From Longirhabdus pacifica (lineage in GTDB: Bacteria; Bacillota; Bacilli; Paenibacillales; DSM-105158): a stretch of 32,000 nucleotides of DNA. Each line of letters starts with the position of its first letter. The stretch's first letter is position 1. The notes under the pieces are model-generated. The model was not told the origin of the DNA. It ran no database searches and was given only the letters and a program-made list of their open reading frames with translations. The stretch is taken from contig NZ_QXJP01000022.1 of assembly GCF_004115085.1 (NCBI RefSeq), positions 32,325 to 64,324 on the forward strand, read 5' to 3'. The translations under genes and the position numbers were made by a program. Shown in pieces: positions 23,836 to 31,734 of this stretch.

Positions 23836-26565
23836 ATGAGCAAGAAAACAGAAAATCTCGAGCTTCATACATGGGAATCATCAGATTATGTACTACACGA
23901 AGAATTTAATGAGAATTTTGAAACGATAGATACAACCGTGCAAGAAGTAAAGGATAGTGTAAACGATTTGCAAAGTGATTTAGGAGAAATACAGGGGAAA
24001 TTAGCAGATTCAACAAACAAAATAGTAACATTAAAACGAGGACACAATAAAGTCACGACTAATCAAGCTACCAATGTAACCTTTGATCAAATACGTGGGC
24101 GTACATTGATTAATTTATTAGGAAGAGAAGGGAATTGTGAGGAAGAAAGTAAATTTTCCGTTCAAATTGGTCAAGTAGCCAGTTCTTTTCAATCGAATAA
24201 GGAAAATGATTTTAACGGTAAATACGGTATAAAAGTATACTTTGACTTAGCAGATCAATATCCTGCTTCAAGTTACTATGGTATTCCTACTCAACATATT
24301 ATAAGCGGTAGAAACTATCTATTTGCATCAGTTATAAAAGATGGAAGTAGTTCTATTACTGGAACAGTAGCGGTAAGAAAGTCAGGAGGGTACCATAAAC
24401 TAAGTAACAAGAATAACAGTGCTTCATTTATTTTAGATTATGTAACATTCACCGCTGATGGTACAGAAAACAATGTTGGAATTCATTTTAAAATTGATTC
24501 AAATAATCAGTGGGTTGCTTTCGATAGTTTGCGTTTATATGAAATTTCTGACGAAGAAAAGACCTATATCGATTCTCTCACGCTTGAGGAAGCAACAAGT
24601 TATATCACAGTAGCTTATTCGTATGTAGATAGTGTGCAATCAATACAATGTCCTTATATCATTCGACATGGAAAAAACATGATACCTCCATTTCATGCAT
24701 GGGAATTAAGTAATGATATGATGATCCATGAAGACTACAGTGCAACATTAAATGCAACAGCATCTTCCACATTTAGTTATAGTCCAAAAATCCCGATAGT
24801 ACCTGAAGAAAATTATACTCTGAGCATGGATAAAGTAGAGGGGCAGCTGATATATCAGCTGTGGGACGATCAAGATGATCTTGTGATGGAGTCAGAGGTG
24901 ATTGGTGAAGTAACTTTCTCTCCTCCACCCAATGCTGTTAGTTTGAGCTTGAAATTAGGTATTACTTCATTTGAGACACCAGAGATGTATGTATTTGAGA
25001 ATCCAATGCTTAGCATAGGATCAAAAGTGATGAAATTCGAACCGAAAAATGATGATTTAGTATTTTTTAATACTAGCCTATGTTCGAGTATGGATAACGA
25101 GAAAGCAGATACAATAACAGAGCGTGAAAATAAATTGTACAAAACAACATGGTTTGAGAAGAAAGAATTGGATGGGTCGATGAATTGGCAATTACATGAA
25201 GAGGGATCTGGATACAAAATAGTAAAACTCTTAAACTTTGCAATAAATAAATCAATAGATATGAGTAATCTTGTTCTTATTTCTTATAACGGTCAAATTG
25301 TTGAAAATGAAGACTTTATATTAGAGAACGGAAGTTTACACATTAAGATTATGAATAGTGATAGTGGTTGGTCAGATATTACTCCCAATCCATATGATAT
25401 AAAAAGATATTTTAACGGGTGGAAATATAATGACGGAGAATTGGATCAAAGTGTTTTAAATGAAGACGAAAAAGTAGATAAGGGAACAGCGGTTCTTTAT
25501 AAATCATTTCAGTATACGCCTTATACAATCGTATACCAACTACAACAGTCTATTGAAGAAGAAATAGAGGGTCAAGTTGGTTTATCCCTTTTTGAAGGAG
25601 AGAATCAGTTAACTTTTGGTGAGGGGTTAATAGTAAAAGAAACAGTTACACCTAAATATTTCAATTCAAAGTATTGGATTAATGGTGCTTTTGAAGATAG
25701 CGAAGGATTAAGCTATAAAACAAAAAAAATCTTAGATGTATATGAAAATGGAAATGAAAAAGCAAGCTGGTCGAGAGTTTTTCATGAAGATGTAGATATA
25801 AAGCATTATGGTGATGAGCAAGCCATCATTGAAACTGGAAACTTTAATAAGAATGCCCAATATAGTGTTACTTATTTTGTAGCTGATAGTTTAAGTACAA
25901 AAGTACAACATATAGATATGCTTTATGATACAAATTTAAATATGGTAGTTCGTGAACTTGTTCAAGATATAGCTGACCAGAAACAGCAACTAGCTCAAGT
26001 TAATCATTCTTTATCTGAAAAGTATCTACGAAACGAAGGGAATCAATATAAAGAAGGGAAATTATACATTCGTCATGAAGGAGATGGTTTAGAGTTATTT
26101 CATCATGATACAAATGGATATGCTGGGATACAGTTGCATAGTAAAGGGAATGAAAACTCTGATTACGGTTATATTCGTTACTATGATGAAGCAAAGAATT
26201 TTGCTGAAGGTTTGTATGATTTACAAGAAGGGTTAGCAAATGGTGCGGATGTAAAAGAAGAAGGGTTGTTAGTTATTGGTTCAGAGAATGATCCACATAG
26301 CGTATTTGGTCCAGATCATTTGGTACTCAGAAGTGGTGCGAGGTTTATATTTGATGTAAATACAATGGTTTATGATTCAACAGACAATATATTAGCAGAG
26401 TTTCGATATAACGGAGATGTGAAAGCATATATGGACAACAATGGTGAAATCATTATTAATGATAATAAAGTATTACATGAAGGTAATATTCGAGTAAGCG
26501 ACGATGGGAAGTTGCAATATAAGTATAATAATGAGTGGTACAGCATGTCTGGAACAAAATCTTAA
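23836..26565 (+). CDS. Tail fibre / receptor-binding protein 3, 909 aa (paralogue of fibre 2 with a different tip)
   Basis: A 29-nt stretch (tgaaaggagaggaaataatagatgagcaa) spanning the RBS, start codon and first codons is identical to that of fibre 2. The N-terminal ~715 aa are colinear with fibre 2. The C-terminal ~190 aa are unrelated except for the final ..VSDDGKLQYKYNNEWYSMSG motif. Confidence 0.85.
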   Translation: MSKKTENLELHTWESSDYVLHEEFNENFETIDTTVQEVKDSVNDLQSDLGEIQGKLADSTNKIVTLKRGHNKVTTNQATNVTFDQIRGRTLINLLGREGNCEEESKFSVQIGQVASSFQSNKENDFNGKYGIKVYFDLADQYPASSYYGIPTQHIISGRNYLFASVIKDGSSSITGTVAVRKSGGYHKLSNKNNSASFILDYVTFTADGTENNVGIHFKIDSNNQWVAFDSLRLYEISDEEKTYIDSLTLEEATSYITVAYSYVDSVQSIQCPYIIRHGKNMIPPFHAWELSNDMMIHEDYSATLNATASSTFSYSPKIPIVPEENYTLSMDKVEGQLIYQLWDDQDDLVMESEVIGEVTFSPPPNAVSLSLKLGITSFETPEMYVFENPMLSIGSKVMKFEPKNDDLVFFNTSLCSSMDNEKADTITERENKLYKTTWFEKKELDGSMNWQLHEEGSGYKIVKLLNFAINKSIDMSNLVLISYNGQIVENEDFILENGSLHIKIMNSDSGWSDITPNPYDIKRYFNGWKYNDGELDQSVLNEDEKVDKGTAVLYKSFQYTPYTIVYQLQQSIEEEIEGQVGLSLFEGENQLTFGEGLIVKETVTPKYFNSKYWINGAFEDSEGLSYKTKKILDVYENGNEKASWSRVFHEDVDIKHYGDEQAIIETGNFNKNAQYSVTYFVADSLSTKVQHIDMLYDTNLNMVVRELVQDIADQKQQLAQVNHSLSEKYLRNEGNQYKEGKLYIRHEGDGLELFHHDTNGYAGIQLHSKGNENSDYGYIRYYDEAKNFAEGLYDLQEGLANGADVKEEGLLVIGSENDPHSVFGPDHLVLRSGARFIFDVNTMVYDSTDNILAEFRYNGDVKAYMDNNGEIIINDNKVLHEGNIRVSDDGKLQYKYNNEWYSMSGTKS

Positions 26566-26607
26566 TATATTGCACTTGATAAATAGATAAAGAGTTTTCC
26601 CATAGTA

Positions 26608-26910
26608 TTGGATTACAAAGATTCGGGGGAGGTGGACATCATAGATAGCCAATACAACATCATCGATTATTTTACACTGTATGGGCCGTTTGCGGTCCTT
26701 TTTGTTAGCTTATTTTTTTGGACGTTGAAAACATATAATACGAGAGAAGAATTGTATCGCAGTGAGATAGCAAACATTCGCAAAGAGTATGATATACAGT
26801 CCCAGCGACATCATGAGATATTAACCAAATTTGCAGAAAAATATGATATTGTTATAGATAAGTTGAACGCACTAGAAATAAAAATAGATACGAGTAAATA
26901 TGATGAATGA
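26608..26910 (+). CDS. bhlA: BhlA/UviB-family holin-like membrane protein
   Basis: Single N-terminal TM ..GPFAVLFVSLFFWTL.. followed by KTYNTREE and a charged coiled-coil tail, as in BhlA/UviB. The start is uncertain. TTG 26608 has no SD. SD GGAGG (26628-26632) precedes in-frame ATC 26638 and ATA 26641. Confidence 0.7.
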   Translation: MDYKDSGEVDIIDSQYNIIDYFTLYGPFAVLFVSLFFWTLKTYNTREELYRSEIANIRKEYDIQSQRHHEILTKFAEKYDIVIDKLNALEIKIDTSKYDE

Positions 26911-26973
26911 TCATGAATGATGGATTTCATTCGGGTTGCTTATTGTAGCTATGCTGTCCTTTCATAAACGAAA

Positions 26974-27011
26974 GTAAGCCGTCCTATGCTTCAAACAGCT
27001 AGACGGCTTAC
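26974..27011. terminator. 10-bp perfect hairpin between convergent transcription units (right edge of the island)
   Basis: gtaagccgtc (26974-26983) / gacggcttac (27002-27011) with an 18-nt loop. There is no strong T-run on either side. Confidence 0.45.
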
Positions 27012-27048
27012 TACAATTATATAAATGAGCCAATCTTCTATAACAAAC

Positions 27049-27357
27049 TTAAAAGTATAAGGATAACAATAAAATTAACTGGTAGATCGCTATGCCAAAA
27101 CAAAATAAAGCAACGAGAAACGAATATATAATGACAACGGTATGAGATTTATTCAAAATTTCTTGAATGCCTACTAAGCTAAGCATTATTGTTAGTAAAA
27201 CAAATGAGGTAAATTCTAGTATATATGTTGTCTCGTCTAACGTCTTAGATTTACAGTACAGCATAACAGCAACTATAGCTAAGAAAACTTGGAGTGCTAA
27301 AACTAGTTTGGAATGTTTTTTCATATATAACAAAACATGCTGCATCATCCTGATCAC
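27049..27357 (-). CDS. Small integral membrane protein (about 3 TM segments), unknown function
   Basis: Hydrophobic segments LVLALQVFLAIVAVMLY, FTSFVLLTIMLSLVGI, VVIIYSFLVALFCFGIAIYQLILLL. No family recognised. Confidence 0.5.
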   Translation of the reverse strand: MIRMMQHVLLYMKKHSKLVLALQVFLAIVAVMLYCKSKTLDETTYILEFTSFVLLTIMLSLVGIQEILNKSHTVVIIYSFLVALFCFGIAIYQLILLLSLYF

Positions 27358-27383
27358 TCCCGCTTCGCTCTTAATAACTAACC

Positions 27384-27605
27384 CTACTTGACTCCATACA
27401 ACGGCTGTCTGCTTTCTTTCAACTTAGAAAGCTTTCTCATGAGGATAACTAGTAAAAGATTTACTATAAAAGTGAATAAAAACAGAATGCCAGCTACAAT
27501 CGAAACGATAACCGCCTTAATTAGCTCCTTTTCAAGCTCAGGTGCATAATTAACAGGCACATAATCTGTGAAAGTTGCTCCTTCATTACTTTTTCCACTT
27601 ATCAT
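27384..27605 (-). CDS. Small single-pass membrane protein, unknown function
   Basis: TM AVIVSIVAGILFLFTFIVNLLLVIL followed by a basic tail. ATGA overlap with the upstream ORF 27602..27784. Confidence 0.4.
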   Translation of the reverse strand: MISGKSNEGATFTDYVPVNYAPELEKELIKAVIVSIVAGILFLFTFIVNLLLVILMRKLSKLKESRQPLYGVK

Positions 27606-27889
27606 AATGGAATATGCAATATAAGAAAGATGATCAGGGTTTTATTGACTAAATATAGTGATCCTATCGGAATCCCTAATGAATTGGCTTCATTTATCTC
27701 TAACTCATAATCAGAGGAACTTGCTGTTATAAACACATCACTGTTTTTTATTCCCATTGGAGCTTCCATACGTTCTATAGTCAATGCTTCTTTTGGCTGA
27801 TCAAGCTCTTGTGATTGAAAATAGAGATAGTTCCCTCCCTAACTCAATATAAGCAGAAATAAACTAATCCAAAGTACTTTTTGTTTCAA
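27602..27889 (-). pseudogene. Secreted/membrane protein gene interrupted by an in-frame TAG
   Basis: On the minus strand, SD GGAG then TTG 27889 opens MKQKVLWISLFLLILS (signal-peptide-like). An in-frame TAG follows at 27841-27839. The same frame then continues into the 60-aa ORF 27602..27784. Confidence 0.4.
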
Positions 27890-28069
27890 CCATTTTTAAC
27901 TCCTACAATGATACTGAATTCATTATACAATATATAAATATTTATGGAAAATAAAGGGTGTATGAGAACCGAAACAAATGATTCATCTTAGAACCAAAAG
28001 GAATCCGAATAAAATGCAAGTTGATGCCTGAGTACAAAGCCGTAAAAGTAATATTTAGTAGGACAAACA

Positions 28070-28897
28070 ATGTGGAAGGATAAAACGATCAACATGCAAG
28101 AAAGTGAGTATTTCATTAGAGAAAGGATCACGAACGATGAAAATGCAAAAAACCTTTTACTACTTCACGGTTTAGGTTGGACAAGCGAGATCTGGTCTTC
28201 TACAGCTAGAATCATAAAAAAACACTACCGAATCATCGCCCCAGACTTAGCAGGGCACGGGAATAGTTCAGATGCTCCTTCATATGAGTTTGATACACTA
28301 GCTGAACATCTAACAAGATTACTTGAAGCGTTAAACATAGAGAAAACGGTCGTTGTTGCAAGTTCGTGGGGCGCTGACCTAGCTGTTAAATTTTCCAGTA
28401 TGTATCCGCAGTATGTAGAGCATCTCGTACTTTTGGATGGTGGTTATCATCCTGTTAGCAAAGTGCCTGGGTTGCAATGGGAAATGCTTGAACAGCAAGA
28501 GTTTCCAGAAGAAGCATTGCAAGACTTGTCATCTTTTTTTACATTTATGAAATCCGATGATCCTGACCTATGGAATGAAGATATTGAACATGCAGTCCGT
28601 GACCAAGTAAATATAAGGGAAGATGGTAAAGTTACTTTTAAATTGAAAAGAGAAGCTCAAATCGCTTGCTTGAAAACGATGTGGGATTTCGATCCATTTG
28701 ATGCTGAAAATACGTTGAAAGTGCCTACAACGGTTGTAGTTGCGATGAATAAAAATGAATCTTCAGAGATGAGAGATTTTAAATTAAAGCAAAGTCATGC
28801 ATTTTGTAATAAAAATAATGCTAAAGAAGTGATATTGGAAAATACAGATCATTTAATTATGTTGGATTCTCCGCAAAAAGTGGCAGCGTTTATTTGA
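28070..28897 (+). CDS. Alpha/beta-fold hydrolase
   Basis: LLLLHGLG oxyanion region, nucleophile elbow VASSWGA, ..NTDHLIMLD.. catalytic His region, 275 aa. Confidence 0.8.
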   Translation: MWKDKTINMQESEYFIRERITNDENAKNLLLLHGLGWTSEIWSSTARIIKKHYRIIAPDLAGHGNSSDAPSYEFDTLAEHLTRLLEALNIEKTVVVASSWGADLAVKFSSMYPQYVEHLVLLDGGYHPVSKVPGLQWEMLEQQEFPEEALQDLSSFFTFMKSDDPDLWNEDIEHAVRDQVNIREDGKVTFKLKREAQIACLKTMWDFDPFDAENTLKVPTTVVVAMNKNESSEMRDFKLKQSHAFCNKNNAKEVILENTDHLIMLDSPQKVAAFI

Positions 28898-29043
28898 CGA
28901 AGAAGATTTATGAAATTTGACAGTATACATTATGATATAGAGAAATTTTGTACACCAGATATCATGCATGTTAAAAGAAACAATGTCTGCAATGTCACAG
29001 ATCGACTTCCTTTATCGTTATAAGGGTAAGGAGGCGATAAACA

Positions 29044-30225
29044 ATGAAAACCATAGTCATTGTTGGTGGCGGATATGCAGGAATTAACTTAGTGGATAGT
29101 TTGAAAAAAGAATGGAAAGAGGAAATGGGCATTACGCTTCAGGTTATTTTGATAGATAAGCACGAATATCATTTTCGAAAAGTATTGTTAGTGAAAGCAA
29201 TAACAGAACATACAGATGAATTAAATATAAAGATCCCATTTGATACGTATATAGATAAAGGCATATCCTTTATGCAAGGAGAGTTTATACAGCTAAAAGA
29301 AGAGGAAAAGAAAGTAGTCATCAAACAAGCCCGTGATGAAGTGATCGAAGTTGATTACGATATGCTAGCAATGACACTAGGAAGTAAAGTGAAAGACCAG
29401 CATGCCTTTACAGGTGGCGTTATACTGAAAGATTTAGCTAGTGCCCAGCAAATGAGAGAGCAATTAGACCACATCATGCAGGAAAGGAAAACAGACAACA
29501 TAAACAAAGAAAAAAACGTCAATATAGCCCTTGTAGGTGGCGGGATTACAGGGATAGAAACTGCATGTGAGCTAGCCGTATGGCTGAAGAAGCAATATCG
29601 CTCTAACGGCATGAACGAAGATAAAGTGAACGTGTTGTTAATAGATTCTCATTCCCACTTATTGCACCAAGCTCCCCATCATATTAGTTTGAAGTTGCAA
29701 AAAAGAATGCGCAAGCTCGGTGTTACATTTATGCCTAACAGTAGGGTGAAACAATATAAGGCAGGATCACTTCTATGTGAGAATGGAACAGAAATAAATG
29801 TGGATTACTGTATGGTGTCAGCGGGAGTAGAAGTGAATCCCATAGTAAAAGAACTTCAACTGCCCCTTACGAAACAGGGTCAACTTATCGTCAATGATTA
29901 CTATCAGGTAGAAGGACGCAACGATATTTTTGCCATTGGCGATTGCGCACAAATTATAGATGCTGTAAGTCATGAAGCCGATGGTATGACGTGTAAAGAA
30001 GCGATACCACAAGCACAACGCTTAGCAAAAACGATGCAAAATATGATGCATCACAGCAGTCATCCTATTGCTCATAAAAGCATGCCAGTAACATTGTTTT
30101 GTGTCAGTATAGGCCCAAAAGATGGTTTCGTTTGGATACAAAAATGGGGGATGAACTTTACGATAACAGGCTCCTTAGGTTTAAAACTTAGAGAATATAC
30201 TTGGAAGTCTGCCAGTTTAGTTTGA
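29044..30225 (+). CDS. FAD/NAD(P)-dependent oxidoreductase, type-II NADH dehydrogenase-like
   Basis: MKTIVIVGGGYAGIN, second fold IALVGGGITGIETACE, FAIGDCAQI. SD AAGGAGG upstream. Confidence 0.8.
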   Translation: MKTIVIVGGGYAGINLVDSLKKEWKEEMGITLQVILIDKHEYHFRKVLLVKAITEHTDELNIKIPFDTYIDKGISFMQGEFIQLKEEEKKVVIKQARDEVIEVDYDMLAMTLGSKVKDQHAFTGGVILKDLASAQQMREQLDHIMQERKTDNINKEKNVNIALVGGGITGIETACELAVWLKKQYRSNGMNEDKVNVLLIDSHSHLLHQAPHHISLKLQKRMRKLGVTFMPNSRVKQYKAGSLLCENGTEINVDYCMVSAGVEVNPIVKELQLPLTKQGQLIVNDYYQVEGRNDIFAIGDCAQIIDAVSHEADGMTCKEAIPQAQRLAKTMQNMMHHSSHPIAHKSMPVTLFCVSIGPKDGFVWIQKWGMNFTITGSLGLKLREYTWKSASLV

Positions 30226-30243
30226 AGAAAAGGTAGTGATACG

Positions 30244-31134
30244 ATGGAAAACAACACGATACAACAATGGTATAGTGAATACGGGCAACTGCTTTTTTCA
30301 CTGGCATATAAGATGACCGGTAGTGCTAGTGATGCAGAGGATATCATACAGGATGTATTCACGCAATTGAAGTCGTACGAATTACAACATCAACAACATA
30401 TAAAAGCATTTTTGTGCAAATTAGTTACAAACCGGTGCTTGGATTTGCTGAAATCTGCTGCGAAAAAAAGAGAAGTGTATGTTGGAACGTGGCTTCCAGA
30501 ACCTATTGTAAAGGAATACAGTCCATTAGATGAAGTCATACGGGAAGAGGAAGTTTCCATCGCGCTACTACGCTTGTTTGATCAGTTAACGCCTGTGGAA
30601 AGAGCGGTGTTTATACTACACGACGTATTAGACTACGACTATGCCAGTATTGCACACATTGTGGAAAAGACAGAAAGTAATTGCCGAAAAATATTAAGCA
30701 GAATCAAGCAGAAACTTCCTACGTTACAAACGACGATGCAAGCAGAAATAAGCGGGAATGAAAGCAAAAAGGAACATGAAGAAGTCGTACTGTCTTTCAT
30801 GGCTGCTTTCCAAGAGGGCAACGTCAAGGAGCTGGTCAACCATCTTCGTGAAGATATTGTCTACTATGCGGATGGTGGCGGCAAGAAAACGGCTGCAATG
30901 AAACCGATAATTGGAAAAGAGAGAGTAATGGCACTGCTTGATTTTATTTCTCATATTGTAGTACAGCCAAATTTCATCGTCTCGTTATGCTCCGTAAACG
31001 GGCAAACTGGCTTTAAATTAAGAGATCTTGACGGAACCCCATCGATTATAAGTTTTGATGTAGAGGATAAAAAAATAAAAACGATGTACTATATGGTCAA
31101 TCCAGATAAGCTTGCTCATATGGTACATGGTTAG
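30244..31134 (+). CDS. ECF sigma factor of the ECF41 (SigJ-like) group with a fused C-terminal SnoaL-like extension
   Basis: Sigma-2 (..DAEDIIQDVFTQL..), sigma-4 (..LTPVERAVFILHDVLDYDYASIAHIVEKTESNCRKILSR..), plus all three ECF41 signature motifs: WLPEP, DGGGK, NPDKL. Confidence 0.85.
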   Translation: MENNTIQQWYSEYGQLLFSLAYKMTGSASDAEDIIQDVFTQLKSYELQHQQHIKAFLCKLVTNRCLDLLKSAAKKREVYVGTWLPEPIVKEYSPLDEVIREEEVSIALLRLFDQLTPVERAVFILHDVLDYDYASIAHIVEKTESNCRKILSRIKQKLPTLQTTMQAEISGNESKKEHEEVVLSFMAAFQEGNVKELVNHLREDIVYYADGGGKKTAAMKPIIGKERVMALLDFISHIVVQPNFIVSLCSVNGQTGFKLRDLDGTPSIISFDVEDKKIKTMYYMVNPDKLAHMVHG

Positions 31135-31178
31135 GTTCAATAAAGCTCATATTTGCCATGTTACTTTAACCATTTTAA

Positions 31179-31734
31179 AAGATAAAACGTGTCCTTTCTG
31201 ACATTCGAATAGTGAAAAGTAACAATGCGGAACAAAGAGAACGGAAACATGGGAATGCAAAGTTGCTTGAGTTATTTCAACTCAGCTTAAAAGAAGCTAA
31301 AATCCAGTCGATTGTTTCTCCCATTATCACTAGTCTCATGATGGTGATCTTCGTTGGTGTCATCGGTTACGGTGGACTGAGAGTTTTCAGTGGCGATATT
31401 TTCGCTGGAACATTTATCGCTATTGTGGTGTATTTAGTGCAAACTGTAACACCCATCGTTTCACTTGTGTCCTTTTACAACGACTACAAAAAGACAGCAG
31501 GCTCTACGGAAAGAGTGTTTGAAATCTACAATATGTCAGAAGAAAAGTTAAACGGTAGTGAGAAATTAGCGTTAGAAGCTTTTGAAAATGCGGACGTTAC
31601 CATTGAAAATGTAAGCTTTAGTTATGATCAAAAAACGACGATATTAAAAAATATTTCCATGCACATTCCGAATAAAAAAACGACAGCCATTGTAGGGCCT
31701 TCTGGTTCCGGTAAATCTACTTTGTTTTATTTAT
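31179..31734 (+). pseudogene. ABC exporter (fused TMD-NBD type) gene remnant, truncated at both ends
   Basis: Encodes only the last TM helices and the start of the NBD (..VGPSGSGKSTLFYL, Walker A). The expected ~200 N-terminal residues are absent. The reading frame runs into IS-derived sequence after ~31734 and stops at 31769. Confidence 0.7.

Noticed and set aside
11820-25255. Antisense or nested ORFs of 60-118 aa inside the tape-measure and fibre genes (e.g. 11820..12131, 13251..13607, 13435..13704, 20920..21168, 21880..22179, 24870..25217) and same-strand out-of-frame ORFs (e.g. 22374..22622, 22683..22955)
   Set aside because: All are embedded in much longer ORFs with clear family similarity. 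They lack SD sequences and have low-complexity or odd composition, as expected from chance open frames in AT-rich DNA. The same reasoning applies to the small overlapping ORFs in the housekeeping genes (541..771, 792..1019, 1259..1495, 2286..2492, 3741..4138, 4478..4660).
17546-26565. Fibre diversification by a DNA invertase (Gin/Cin/Hin-type shufflon) or a diversity-generating retroelement
   Set aside because: There is no recombinase or reverse transcriptase gene in the window. All fibre genes and all repeats are in direct orientation, and no template/variable repeat pair with adenine-specific differences was seen.
7724-26910. Alternative readings of the island as an intact prophage, an eCIS/PVC-like injection system or a T6SS
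   Set aside because: It is not an intact prophage: head, packaging, integrase and repressor genes are missing. It is not eCIS or T6SS: there is no AAA+ ATPase, no ClpV/TssBC-type pair, no membrane complex and no toxin/effector cargo. The gene order is colinear with PBSX xkdK-xkdV.
27960-28000. Possible degenerate LexA box (gaaccgaaacaaatgattc) upstream of the hydrolase gene
   Set aside because: It does not fit GAAC-N4-GTTC in any register, so I treat it as a chance resemblance.
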